Source: Catajapyx aquilonaris (taxonomy: Eukaryota). From it: a DNA stretch of 64,000 nt. How positions within the stretch are numbered: the stretch's first letter is position 1; every line of letters starts with the position of its first letter. The notes beneath the pieces are model-generated. The model made no database searches. It was not told the DNA's origin and saw only the letters and a program-made list of their open reading frames with translations. The stretch spans positions 1-64,000 of the forward strand of contig KZ538043.1 in assembly GCA_000934665.2 (NCBI GenBank), in the 5' to 3' direction. The translations under genes were made by a program, and so were the position numbers. Positions 45,481-59,628 of this stretch are shown here, piece by piece.

Positions 45481-45537
<57 letters not shown>

Positions 45538-45546
45538 GTTACAGTA

Positions 45547-45617
<71 letters not shown>
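45481..45617. repeat. Compound microsatellite (CAA)n + (ATG)n
   Basis: Read directly from the sequence. Confidence 0.97.
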
Positions 45618-45621
45618 ATTT

Positions 45622-45683
45622 CCCCTCAGGAGATCACTCTTGTATTTTTTTAAAAACAACAACAAGAGTGATCTTCTGAGGGG
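45622..45683. repeat. 62-bp inverted repeat / miniature MITE
   Basis: CCCCTCAGGAGATCACTCTTGT ... ACAAGAGTGATCTTCTGAGGGG. Confidence 0.75.
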
Positions 45684-45726
45684 CTGGTAACATATATTTT
45701 TGGAGGAGAAGGGATGGTTCCACCTA

Positions 45727-46029
45727 CACGCTGCTCGTTCAGCTCCCGCTTATATAACTTACGTGGGAAAAGATCATTTTTCCACTTAAAACCGACCTAA
45801 TTTCCACTTAAAAGTGACAAAACACCTTTTCTAACGACTTTGAAAATTAAACCAGAATTTCCACTTAAAAATAGCCGTTTATATGGGGTGGGGGGACGGT
45901 CTCACTTCGCTAACTATCTCGCAATGGGAAAATGAATTTTGTCACTTTTTAAGTAGAAATGAGATCAGATTTAAGTGGAGCAAGAGGACTTTTACACTAT
46001 CTTGTGAAAATGGAAACTGAACGAGAGTG
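45727..46029. mobile_element. CAC-terminated MITE (CMC/EnSpm-like) with subterminal repeats
   Basis: TA-CACGCTGCTCGTTCAG ... CTGAACGAGAGTG-TA. TTCCACTTAAAA is repeated on the left and appears inverted (TTAAGTRGA) on the right. Confidence 0.55.
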
Positions 46030-48340
46030 TACAGAACCAGCGCGATCTATAGATGAAAAGAGTATGTGCCTAACATTAAACTTCTGGTAGCTTCACTGTT
46101 TGTATAACTGGTTACTGGATACATTATTTTGAATAGTAACGAGTAACGAGCTGCCAATAATCCGCCACTTTCTTAAAATTACAGCAACTCTGCTGACTAG
46201 AGCTTTGTTTAAAAAAATTGGATATGCCTATTTCTGCATTGACGAGAGTCAGGCACATGAAGGCCAGATATAATCTGTCCATACCTGTAATGTATACATG
46301 GGTAGACCCAATGTGGTGCAGAGAGATGTTATTCTTGTAGTCCCTCCCCCCTGGTATAGCCTATACGTATATATTAGTAGCCCTATACCGTATATAGGCT
46401 TTTTTTTAAACCTTTTGAGTGTCGGCTCGAATAAAACGCATCGTCACGTTACAGGCTAGTGATGATCAATGCTATCCTTTCATAGGCGCCTCAAGTCGTG
46501 GGGGTTTTCTGCTGCTCTTTTCCTCGACCCCTCTCCGACATGCTACAAGTATTAATCATATGTGTAATGTCAGCCCCTGGTCTCCTAATGTATCATTTTC
46601 TTGCAGCCATTTAGATCCTGCGGGATTCTATCGATCCCGGGACCATTATATTTTCTTGCCCGCCGCCTTTTCGCGAGGTGTGTTATTAGGCGGTTTGAAC
46701 TTCTCCCCATCTATCTATCTAAGGGGGGGATGGAGGTTGGTTGGGAGCCTCATCGATATTCTGCCCGCTTGTTTCCTATAAATTGCTTGGGAAAAACTTG
46801 GGCTTGCAAGAAGTCGTTTTTTTTTTTCCTTCTTCCCCCAACAGCAGGCTTTATTTGTCGCTGGAAAGTGCGGAGGGAAAGTTTGACAATTTGGGAGAAC
46901 CTCTCTGCTGACACAAATAGCAAATCATTGCAATTTATGGTGGTGATGACTAATCTGCAATCACTGTCAGGAAAAGCATATTCATTCATATGGTATATAT
47001 ACATATTGGCCTTCCTAACGAACGGTACTCATTAATTTCAAATTTTTCATACCTGCAGGAGACCCCGATAATTACCTGATGTATCTGCACACTCATCGAA
47101 GCCGTGATTGAAACCGAAATAGCTCTTTTCCCAGTAGCAGTTTGACCTGGAGAACAGGGGCTGAAGGAAGGGTGGGGGTGGGTGGGGGAAAAAAAGTGAT
47201 AATTACAGGGAGAGGGCACCCAACCTCTCTAAATGATGTCAGAGTTTATCAATGTGTCGGGCATCAGCAGAACGAGCCAGCGGGGCCTATTTCGCCCTTC
47301 GACGCCACTCCATTTGACCCGGCGAATCGATATGACCGTCGGTCACGCAATCTACTCTCTTCCTGTATTCATGATTGCTGCTGCACACTGCCTCCCGACG
47401 AGTCGAAAAGGGCTGCAGGGGTACCACGGATGGTTCGACCCATTGTTGACACCCCAGAAATTGAAGGGTAATCAGCAAAAAAGCCGTAAGTGCAATCAAT
47501 GCAGATGCGGCTTTTTTTTTGTTTTTTTGGGGGGACTGTCAGGTGAGGGTGGTGGCAACAAATCACTGGCTGGCGAGCGGTGTGTCGGACTTGGGCGGTC
47601 GAAAGAGAGGTGAAAGAAGTCACTTCGTGCGACCTCAGCCCGACCCACCCTTGTTGGCGTGAGGGCCTCACGTCACATGCATGCTACTGCCTACAAAATA
47701 TGAAATCATTTTTTGGAAGCCGGGGGTTGGGGGTGGTGAGCGGGTGGATATGGTGTGTCTCATTGTCGTTTTCGCTGTGAGAGAGGACAGTCATATTGCT
47801 GGTAGGATCTGATAATATCGGGTCAGGGAAGTCCATATCGGTTAATTCATCTTCATGTATGTCACACATGAAGGCATGAATGGATTGCTATGCATGGTTC
47901 TCCTAAAGGATAGTGGGACAGGCGCATTGAGGGATCCGGACTATGGTTGTTCCCGAAGGATTGCATGATGCAGCAGGCCTCGGCAGGGATGGAAGCGCAG
48001 GCAAGAAGCAGCAGCATCGACCCAGCCCCTCTTCAATCGATACCGGAGCAAAACGACTGCTCCGGAGGTTATAGAATGGTTGGTCTGCAATAAGAACCCT
48101 TTTGCAGCCTCTGGAAGATGGCAACCCAGTTTGATTCAACACACATCCACATACGCATGCGATATAACACGGAAGGTGTGCTCACAAAAATTTGATTTAG
48201 TCACTCAATAGTATCGATTCGCCAACCTATAAATGATGACTTCAGTCCAATTTCCATTGACCTCCAATAGTTCCATTGAGCCATTGTAGCTGATAGACTA
48301 GCGTACCCGTAGCCAAAATTTGGCATTTAGTGCCGTGATT

Positions 48341-48428
48341 AGAAGGTGGCAGCACTCACCAGGGGCCCTTCCACCTTTCCGCCGAGATCAGAAGGTGGCC
48401 GCACTCACCAGGGACCCTTCTCCTTCCG
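48341..48428. repeat. 49-bp tandem duplication
   Basis: AGAAGGTGGCAGCACTCACCAGGGGCCCTTC at 48341 and AGAAGGTGGCCGCACTCACCAGGGACCCTTC at 48390. Confidence 0.85.
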
Positions 48429-51400
48429 GAGCGTCCCAGAGGCGAAAAAGGCTATTATTATAGGGGGAATGGCGCATCCTCCCTCTCTGCACACTACTGC
48501 CACTGTCATATTCGTGGAGGGATAGTGGTACTACATGCATCAGCCGGACAGAGGCACATATAAATACCATATTAGGCCCACTCGATATTTAGAGTACATC
48601 GTGGAGGGTTTGGGGGTCTCCGAATCTGATTGAGACACTAGGAAAGATCGGCCTTCCTAATTGGAACAGTTTACAAGCCCATAAAGTCGAGGAGGGGAAA
48701 ATTGGAGGAGATTGAAGAAGGGTCCGCACGCAAAGTAAGCGGCGGGGGAGGGGGGGGGGGCGAAAGGAGGGGGGAAACTCATTGGAGGGGAATAACCCCT
48801 TTCATTGTGGGTAAGCCTCGGCAATAGAAGGGGGGGAAAGAGAGGGGGGAAAAGGTATCGAGAGAGAGGGGGGGGGGGGGATCCCAACTTTTGATAGGCT
48901 TAATTGTGCTCCATCCATCAATGTGGGAAGATGGCTCAGAGGACATTTGCGTGAGGCTTCGCTCCAGATAACCAAGCGTGTTCTCGTAATGAAGAGTTAG
49001 CATGAAATTCGCGGGTCGTAAAGCGATTGGTGGGTGATGGGGGGAGGGGGAGAGAGAAACTTCAAGGGTTCGGATTGGAGGTATTATCTGCACCCACGTA
49101 ATTTGCATGCGGGTGGAGATAGTGACAAGAAGGTTAAAAATCAACCCGGGTTCGATGCCAGGAGTGGGGAGATCGTCCGCGAGAATTATATAGGAGCATA
49201 ATGAGGGGAAAAAAACAAGCTTGTGGCGTAGACCTGTAATTATTATCTTGACCCTTCGGAGATGGATTGATAAAAATGTAATTAAAACTAAATTGAATAC
49301 TTGGTGGAACACGGATTTGCACTGATATGGGGTTTTGTTTTTCCAAGGGAGAGTCATGAACCCTGTAATTTGGGTGCACTGTGGGCAAAGTTTTTTGTTG
49401 GATCTTTGTACCTTCTGTAGACTATAGCCTATCCTGTGAAGTGAGGCCTGCAGGCTACTTGAGCCTATTATAGCCTTCGAGTGAGTTATAAATTGTAAAG
49501 TGCTATGAGTTACGTCAACTTTTATTGTGCGCAATTATCGACCTTGCAATGAAATGTTTTGCCGCGGAGCGAAACATTTTGTACAGGTAAGATTAGGCCT
49601 ATTATTTGTAAAGAAACATCTTTTCAGGGGCTCACTTTTTTAATTGGAGTTCTGCATAATATAGACAGTGCACTACTATGCATCGCAACTTGCAAAAGGC
49701 TATGTAGGCCTATATCGCATGTTTCATCAATGTGCCTTAATGCCACCATGATTGGTGCATGCATGCATCTCTTGGTGTCTTTTTATGTCGCCAAATCTCT
49801 ATCATCTATATAGTCACACACATCCGAGGTGTATGTGCTGATGATCGCCCATTTTGTAGGCATCCTCATTTGATCCACACATGCGCTCAGTTAACCACGG
49901 GGTGTGAAGATGAGCAGGTCCGTGTCCCTCCGATTCTGTGTCGAAACGGCGCATCCTCTCCTCCCATCCAACCCTGGGGTTGGTCGGGAAATGGCCTGGA
50001 CAGACGAATAGGGGAAGAGGACCTTGTCTTGTCTATTCCTTTCCCATGTTGCTGCCCATGCGCCGCATCCTACCCAAACATGGATGACTTCACTTGACTT
50101 GCGTACGACCTTACCTGTCACCTGCAAAAATGTGTACCCTTACCAAAAAAAAAAAAATATCGGACAGAGTGGGCGTAAAATACAACCAGCCTTGCCACGC
50201 TCATGACCGGACGTACAGCCTCAAATGATTTTATATTTCTCCACAAACGAATCCGGTGGAAAGGCACGGAAGGAATAAAAAGAAGGGTGCCCCCGTGTCG
50301 CTGCCTCGTAGGGCCATTTTAATTTTATATTTGCATGACCGAGGGAACATAAATAAACGTATGATACTGGTCGCTTGTCTTAAGATTGTAACGTAAGGCT
50401 TCTTTACATTTGGGCTAACAACTTGATAAGTTTCTTGCGACCGGCACGATATTACGCAAATTTTTTCTTTCGAGTTGGGATAGATATCAGGCCATTTGGG
50501 GGGTTATAAATAGCATGTTTACAGGGGCCCCCTCAATAAACATTGCGGTTTGTAGACATCGTGTTACAGGTAAGGGGTCTCTTGACCAGACTTAACAGAT
50601 GTCGCTTAAAAAGACGTGTTGGTAGGGCAAATGGGAAGGACTGCCGGTGTCCCTTCCGATTCTTCATGGGCAGGTCACTAACTAACCCTCAGAGTCCATC
50701 TGTCCATGCCGAATTATCCCATGCGTGACCCTGCAACAGTTGGTAAGTGGTTCGATTGGGGGAGGACTGATTTTTACGGATGGAAAAGAATATGTCTGTC
50801 GCCTTCCGTTGCACAATAACAATGGGGGGCGGGTGTGATTATGAGTCAGAAATTGGTCGATTTTTTTTCTTCAAAAAGAGCATTTTATAATGTCATCAAT
50901 TAAATGACCCTTGCTGTAAGTCGATGATATGCGAGATGTACCAAAGGGTGACACTGCCGGGCTTTGTTTATAGGTTTTAGTATGCAATGAACGTTACTGA
51001 TTGGTGAGATAGGTTTGCCCTAATGCAATAATGCGATCAAAGGATATGATAAGCAGATACTATAGATAGTGTTTTTTTTTACAGATTAAGGATGTGACGT
51101 TGATGATTCACACGATAGCACTCCATATGTTAATTTGGCATGTAGGCCTAGCCTATGAAGCACATCTTCAGATGAGTCGATAAATATTAACTTTGGGTAG
51201 AATTTTCATCCCACTGCTAGTTAAACTGCTAACTTAACAGTACCAGTGCCAACACTGGCAGTGGCACTACTTAGTAGTAACTATCAGTGGAACAAAATGA
51301 TTTAATTTTATTGATGCCAATGATAGTTTTCCGGTAAGTAGACCAGTAAATGATGTTTATTATAACTATTTCGTTTTGAGAGTGGACATGATTTTACGCG

Positions 51401-54400
51401 CCATATTTTTGAGTGCTATTTACACAGCGTGAGTGCAACACGGACCCTTCTTCCGGGCCTTATCTGTACTGTACTGTATATTGCGAGTGAGGTCTCCTGC
51501 TGGCAAGCAATGGCAGTATATTTTGTTGCAGCTAATAACATGCATTGCATCCGGATGGAGTGTGTGGGAGTGGCAACCACGAAGCCACAGTTGCAGTGCG
51601 TCGTACACATGTTAGGATGCCTGCATGTCAGAAACAATCGGTTGCACGAAAAAGCAGACTTGCGCATTTAACAATTTCATCAAAGTAGTTTATGGTTTTA
51701 TGGTGGCCGATTGCGAAACATTGTGTGAAATCTAAGGCGAGTTTCTTTCGTGCCCCGTTCTCATTTAGCACGAAGGGAATAGCCTATTGGAACCACGAAA
51801 CGGTCCGAGTGCTTGTCGGAAATAGCACTCCACCGACTTCCCTCGTCCTGGCCCGACAAGAGAAGGTTCGTGTGAATCACGGACAGCACGCGGGCCGTCG
51901 GAGCTTTTCCAACGGGGCCACAGTTTCATGTGATAATGACGTAAGGGAGGATCACTTGGGTCACGACAACACCAACTTTGATGAAGCAGTCGCCTTTGAT
52001 TTTTTTTTTCATGTTCTCATTTGTTGTTGTTGTTGTTGTTGAGGTGGGGGAGGAACAGGAAGGGTGGGAGTTTGATATATGGTAGGGGAGAGACCCTCAT
52101 GTGGGGGGGTCACTGATAGGGATCAAGTGATCTGGTCACAAATTACAGGTACCAACTGCAAATTGTGTCCAAAAATAGCTATTGCACATATTAGTTACTA
52201 ACAATGCTTTCAAGTCAACATGATGTCCTTGTTAGACATGGACATTTGGACACTCCTGTCCACCTGACTATCCATCTCTTGATGCATAAACTCCCATCTG
52301 CTGACTCTCTTCGTGAAGTGCGTGCAATCAGCGCAACGCCATGTCGCAACCGCCATAAATTATCCAGTGTCACATGAGCCTGCCTTTTCCTCTCTTCCGG
52401 GACAGGAAGTCGCTGGGGTCACCGGAACGGCACTGAAAACGTGAAAAAAACCCTCCGCCCAAATCACTACCTTGCATTAATTAAGAGTTGTATACGTGCC
52501 ATATAAACCGCTGAAGATAGATAAGGATGCAGGTCAGGAAGAATATTTTTGTAGCTAGACGTCTGCACGGGTAATAATACACACTTGACTTGCAAGGGCT
52601 TTAAGAATAATAGTCTTAACGATTGCAGGCTGCGGACTCTTTCATTACCGGCGCCGTAATCTTCAATGTATAACTTATTTGAAGCGCGCACGCTAAGGCC
52701 TTGCTTCTGCTGGATGAGGAAAGGTACATATAATTATGGCTACCCCCCCAGTGGACATCTTTCCCAGGCCATGCAGACCATTGCAATGTTTGAACAAGCT
52801 GGTTGCAGACAGGGTGCGCCGCTCTGGAAAACAATACATTTTGTACTCGCATGAAAGCCTGATGCAGCTGCCGGATTGTCCATGTAAAAGACAAACATTG
52901 CAATGATAACATTGCGGGCAGCGGCCACTGTCACCCAATATTTGATGACTGCAGTGGGACTGCAGCAGAGTTTGTGTCAAACAGTGTAGCCTACACTGTA
53001 AACAATAAGGTACAAGTAAATTACAATTTAATATATAAAAAATTAATGTGTATTTTTCAGCAGTTTTCATCAAGGCGCCATATTTGAACATCAGGTCTTT
53101 TGATTGCCTCCATGCCATTTTTTTGCTCCAAAAAAGCGGCGAATGATTGTGACTCTGAGACGAGATCCATGGAGGCCGGATTTAAGGGTTGCGCATTTTC
53201 ATCCTCTTGAGCGAGGCGAAGGGAGGAGAGACATTATGCACAGCGTAATGACATTACAAGGAGGCTGCAGGCGGGGTGGAGGGGAAATTGAAGAGCCAGT
53301 TTATATTACAGGGCTGACATCACACAGAGACTAGGAAATATAAAAAAGGGCATCTCGTTGTGGGGGATATTTTGGAGAGATTCCCCCCCCCCCCTTTTCC
53401 TCTTCGCCCCTTAACCTCCCAGTTTGAGCCCGGTTTTTCCGGGCGGCTGACTGCGTTGCCGGATTATATGTACGGGGCAGGCAATTATTTCCAGCACCGC
53501 GCCGTAATTAAATCGGAGTATAGGTGAGTGGGGATACGTCCAATCCTTATGCCGCTGCCTCACTTCTCACTCCATGATGGCCTATCTTCACATACAACTT
53601 CTGCTCAAGCACTTCTCTGATCAATATTCGGGGGGCTAGGTTTTTCCGCTGGGCAGCAGCTTCACATATACCGGTATGCTCCAAAAGGGGGGTTAGTTTA
53701 TGGCTGAATATTTTGGAAAATGATTACTCGAGCTCTGATAATTAATTGCGATTTTAGATTGAATGGACTTTTTAAAAATATTGTTAAAATTCAAAACCAG
53801 ATTTCATTCGTCTACTGATTGTTAAATGGGGTGTGATGATGATGAAGCAAAAGTGATTTATAATGAAAATCCTGTTAATTAACTGGTGTAATGAAGGTGA
53901 CTGAAGGTGCAATCAGTTGTTGAGATTCTTAGGCACATCACGAACGTAGAGTTTAAAATAACTGTATATAACTATGAATCTTTATAGCTACAGTATACCG
54001 TTTTAAATGTCACTTAAACGCATGATCTCAAGTGTCTTCTTAGTAGAATGTATCTTTTGGTTATAATTATATCACAATGACAGTTTATTATGAAACGAGT
54101 ATTATTCAATAAGTGAACTGCATAACTGAAGACTGTTCAGTATAAGGTAAGAGTATACTGCATACAAAAACATGTAGTTTTGAATTTACACCACATCACA
54201 GGTGAGAAAGGAAATGGTAGCGCAAGACTTCAGTTTGATGATCATATTTTGTGATTCGAACTAGTGTGCGATGAGTGTCTCATATAATTATATACTTGTA
54301 CGAGGCCTATACTAAAAATAGGAAGGTGATTGCATAGCGCTAGGATGCATTTGGCCAAAATTCTTCTTTTTGGACACCGCGTACAAGACGGTGAAGTAAA

Positions 54401-56695
54401 CAGTGAAACTAATTTCACTGTACCAATTAATATTGAACCTGCAAAGTTTTCTGAGCATTTTAAAATTGCACGTGCCACGTCGAGTCCTAGTATGACTTTC
54501 GACTTACGCTCTGCAAAGGTCCGGCTCATTTTTTTCCATGTCCTAGAGCCGTTCAACTGTGACTTTGCGTCAGTGTAATATTCAATTAGCGGAAAGAGGG
54601 CAGCAGTCGGTCACCTTTCAGCTTCGGATTAGTTTGAAACCCGATTTCTTCCCGAATGACCGGAAAGCGGCCATTCTCTGTCTTCATATTTCCGTGTGCA
54701 CCCAGCACCCCCCTCTTCCCCCTCCAAAAAAGTCCCAAAGACCTCCCTGGTAGGCCTTGGCCCCTCTCAAATATTTTTTTTCTCTCTCTCCCATCAAACC
54801 GACCGAGGTTTCCACAACGAGAAGCGTTCCGCCCAACCTCTGTCGAGATGTGCATGAAATCCGCCAAACAAGAGCGCCGAGTTAAAATTTTACGAGTGGT
54901 CTCCTCCGACACGAGACACCTGGTCCAGAGGGGTAGGAGACACGCATTATTCGCCTTTTTACACTCAAGGGGATGCATATAGGTGGGTGGGGGGGTAAGC
55001 GGAAGAAATTGGAAGAAAAAAATATATAAGGCCTGGAACTTTGGTGGTGGAGGAAAAGAGAGAAATGTTGTGTGGGTGTGTCAGGAGGAGTTGCAGGCAT
55101 CATCAGATAGGTGGAACTCAGCCAGAGTTGCTCACTGGATCAATACATAGCTGGGAGGCGTCTCTGGCGTCTGCTGGTAGAGAGAGTGGAAGAGAGAGAG
55201 AATTCTAGCTACAAGACAGGTTTCTTGCAGGTACTCAAACCTTGACCTTATTATATACAGAATCGAAAAATGTGCTGCAGTACTATGAAAGTCAAATGCA
55301 TGTGTACAAACTATTCACTTTCTTAGCCACTGTAACTTTAATCATATAGCTAGCACATAATGTATGCAGCAGGTTGCAGTGTAATATGGGTGTACCTTGA
55401 TGAATTTTTGATGCATTAAAATACAGAAGGATTTTGTTAATTATGGCATTTAATAGGACAGATGCAAGTGAATAAAATGCAAAGTGATGAATAATTGTCA
55501 TTTTCTCCATCCCTGAGTGCAAAAATGTACGCTATACTAATAGAGTAATACATGCAACTAACTGTCTATAGTGTTTTTACTGCATGGGCTGTGTGTTAAA
55601 TACTGTAGTTAAAAATGTGGATACGCATAAAGCCGACGATATTTCCTCCATCTATTGCTAAGGTGGTGATGATATGATGCGGCATAACTGACACCAAAGA
55701 CGGTAATAATATAAAATAAAATGTGATATCCCCGGACGCATAATTCATATCCGACTCAATGAATCTCGTGGCTTTTTGTCAGTTGGCATTTGGCACACCG
55801 ACACTTCAATTACGTGCAGAGACGCCGGAGTTTTACAAGAGAACACGTTGTGCAAGTGTATTGTACGTGTGAGATTATAGGTCCGGAAGAAGCAATAATG
55901 AGTCCCATGAAGTAAGACCCGTGAAATTTCCCATACAACTTGTTGGAAGTACAGATTCGATTTTATGAGGCACTCTACCCCCGAAACCAAAGATAACGAG
56001 CATAACGTGTTAACTCGCCAGCTCCTCCTGTTACCTCGAATGCGAATCGCATCTCCCACTTTGGAAACAATAGACCGCCGTGAATATAAGAAGAAGGAAA
56101 AAAAAGAAACGAAAGAAGTGTGAGAGAAGCGGATTTACGAGCAGCGTAAAAGGGAAACATAAAGTCAGTGAGGGGAGGGAATTACAGGTGAATGATTGAG
56201 CGTTAAGCTCTTTGGCTCGTTAGGAACGTGGAGGAAGATTGTTCCAAGAAGAAAAAAAACCCTCCCACAAGATGATGACTTGGCAGGCAATGTGAAGCCT
56301 CCCCCGAAAAGCCTTGTCCAATGAATTACGCCAAGCCTGGGAAGAAGAAGAATAGTTATTGATTACACCCATGAAAGGCGTGTGGTATTCCTTCAAACCC
56401 AAGAAAATGTAACGTATGGCCTCGCTCAGCATGGTGTTCGTTTGCAGAAAGACTTATGGATGCATTAATGCCCCTGCGGAATCAACCGCAAAATGTGATG
56501 TAAATTAGTTGTACAGTTATTTCCAGATAAGGAATCATTACGCTTGAATGAGTCCGTATTGTGCTTGGGAGAAGTAAATTTTACTGTCTGAGACTTGTGC
56601 ACGCACTTTTCTCGTTTCACCTTAGCAAGTCCCTTGATTTTTTTTGCTCTGTCCCCTTTGCTGCTAAAGTATCGTCATGCAGGTGTCGCCATATA

Positions 56696-57120
56696 CAGGG
56701 TGATTCAGAAACTGAATCCACCAGTCACTAGATTTACCCCCAATAACTTTAGAAATGTACTGTTGCTTTCTGAACATTTTCTCACCTTAGGTGAGAAAAT
56801 GTTATGCACAAAATTAATTATGCAACAGTAATATATTACTGTTGCATAATTAATTTTGTGCATAATCCATTCACTAAATGCACCTCATGCATAAAAATAT
56901 TCACCAAAGCTGCATAATGACTATACTGTAGACTGGATAAGCAGATTATGTGTTTCTGCATATTTTTATGCATTGGGTGCACATTTATATGGACATTTCT
57001 CATCCTATGTTAATTTTGCGCATAATTTAGTCACTAAATGCACCATGCATAAAAATACACATCAAGGTGCATTACTATACATACAGTACGCCATACTACT
57101 GAACAAACAGATTATGTCTT
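56696..57120. repeat. Tc1-like end followed by two abutting palindromes and a ~105-bp direct repeat
   Basis: TA-CAGGGTGATTC at 56694, a 31-bp palindrome at 56773-56803, a perfect 64-bp palindrome at 56802-56865, and a direct repeat at 56852-56955 versus 57011-57120. Confidence 0.75.
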
Positions 57121-59257
57121 GTATTATCAATAATTTTATGACCTAGGACCTTTAGGGGTATAAAGTGAATGTGTGTATATTTTATCCATTTAAAATTTTG
57201 AGTGCAGATTTTCTGAGGCAAGGACCCATTGGCTGCTGGAAGTGCTGTTGCCGCACCTTGTACTACGTCGAAAATATTTTTCGCGATAGTCCACTGTTAT
57301 ACAGATGTACCTATTTGGGTCGATATAAGCTAGGACAGTTAATAATATAATGGCGTTCAAGTATGCACGAGGCCACTCTTCCAGGCTAAATTGAAGGCAG
57401 CAGACTGGCTTCCCCCGGGCTGTTATTATTTTTCGGTGGCCACTCGTACAAATTAACATTGATGAGCATTTAGGCAACGTGGCCGCGGCAATCTTTGCTC
57501 ACATTCGCATAATGAGCAGGTTCTGGTGGGGGTGGCCTGGCGACTGGGAAAAGCCAGAGCGTTTGATTAACACGTCCCACATTGATCAGGACCCCGCTTT
57601 TCGTGATTAAAATATATCATGTCTGATAGGAACTTCCAGTAGAGTAACGATAAACTTAGTGCACTGTACGTCTATACATGTCCTTCAATTCTAGAGAATA
57701 CAAATAAATCATATACGGTAGACCAAGTTATTACCCCCTCAAAAAAAATACTTTGAGAAATAATATTGGGAGAGCAACAGTTAGCAATTTTAGTGGACAG
57801 TGTTGCAAATGGGGAAAAAAGTAATCAGTTAGGGTGAGAAATCTATCCTTGACCTGTATGACCTCAGAGAGTCATCTTTCACACCTGTGGAGAGGCCCTT
57901 TTTTTTCTTCTTCTTGGGTTTCATTTCGGTGGTCGGACACGCTCTGTCACTTATTGGTTCTCCCACATTAGCCATGAAAGTGGTGTCACTACACTCCACG
58001 ATTACTATTCATACAATCCCATGGCTTGGGGAGATGCATGCTTTTTTTGTCTTTATGGTTACACACTTGAGCAGGAAGAAGGGATGGAGCTTTTTATTTT
58101 GTTTTAGACCTTTGCCCCCGTGTCTTCTGGCATGACACGTCACTGTTGTACTGACTTGACATGACTGGTTGGGAGGAAAATTTGAAGCATAAAAATAATC
58201 ATACGTTTCTGTAATGGCTTTTCTGCGAGTTTTTCACAAAACGTATATTTCCATAAAACACCTGTCAATGCGATGCATTATAATAAAATTTCTCGTGATT
58301 GTCTCGGATCTCAAAGAAACTTACGTTTTGTCGATGCAATTCGACAATAATGTATTGCATATCAAAAAGTATATCGGTGTTTTTATGTGGAATTTTTTAG
58401 ATAACTCGGGATAAGCGACCTTGACTTATCCTGGAAGTTATATGACCTGTGCTCTTCTCATGTCTTTCCTTCTGTCTGTCTTTCAGGGACTGCCTGTTTC
58501 CTCATTCGTGTACAGTACCTCTCAACAATTATTTTCAAGATTACCCAATTAAGTGTTAACAATGAAGGCTTCGGATTCTTTATGAAAGACCGCACGCGCT
58601 ATAATAAAGGACATCTACTACCCTTGGCTGGAGAGGGCAGCATAATTTTACTTCCCAGTATCACCAGTAGTGCAACTAGACATCAATAATATACTACAGC
58701 AGGCTGAAATGATGAATTGAAAAATGCAATATGCATATGTTCAGCATAACTGCCTTGAATAAGTTAGTTATGCAACGGGCTAGAGAAACATGTCATATAT
58801 GTATCTGCTTAAAATGAATTACACCCACATATTCTTCCAACTCATATTCTACTACAGGATTCACATTGTTAAGATTTTGAGATCAGTGGGTTTGAAGATT
58901 GCATTATTTTTCTTATGTACACCCCCTCCCCCCGGTTCCCTAACATACTTCTATCTACGCCTACGGTATTGCAGAAGTGGGACTTCGCCATAGCTGATTG
59001 AATCGTTACGCAATGCCTAACTTAATTAGGACCAAAGTGTGACTCTGATCGATCTGCATTTTAAGGCTTAGCTTTTTGCTACTAGAGTATTTCTCATACG
59101 ATTGTGAAGAGTTTCAATGGGTTTATTAATATTCACGATTCACGACGTATTTATAATGGTTTCCGGTTTATTCCTACATTGGGTGCTATACTGTATAATC
59201 AACAGATGATATTACAAGATGATTAAAATAAGATAGTAACACAAGCCTACCGGATAT

Positions 59258-59272
59258 GACGATGACGATGAC

Positions 59273-59308
<36 letters not shown>

Positions 59309-59567
59309 AGGGCCATCTTCGGAACGGAGATAATAAGCGGATTAGAAGCAGGATGTTACGTGTATTTTTTTTTGTAATTTTTATTGACACACTGTATGAA
59401 TACATGTATTGAAGATTGCTTCCTCCAATCTAGCTTTAGCCGAGTGCAAAAAATTTATATAAAATAAAATGCAATTAATAGTCATTAAAGCTGGTTTGTT
59501 ACGGAAAATTTGTTACGAAGCGAAGCTACATACACAGTTTTGCATCACCATCATTACCACCACCATC

Positions 59568-59626
<59 letters not shown>
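59258..59626. repeat. Microsatellites (GAC)n(GAT)n at 59258-59308 and (TAT)n at 59567-59626
   Basis: Read directly from the sequence. Confidence 0.95.

Positions 59627-59628
<2 letters not shown>

Noticed and set aside
45441..45690. Poly-Q/poly-M and poly-I/poly-C ORFs
   Set aside because: Translations of (CAA)n and (ATG)n microsatellites.
49140..49172. B-box-like GGGTTCGATGCC
   Set aside because: No A box, cloverleaf or SINE body around it.
48779..49534. 251-aa minus-strand ORF, the longest in the right half
   Set aside because: No ATG start, no recognisable domain, no coding-like composition, and it runs through homopolymer-rich G/C tracts; probably a chance ORF.
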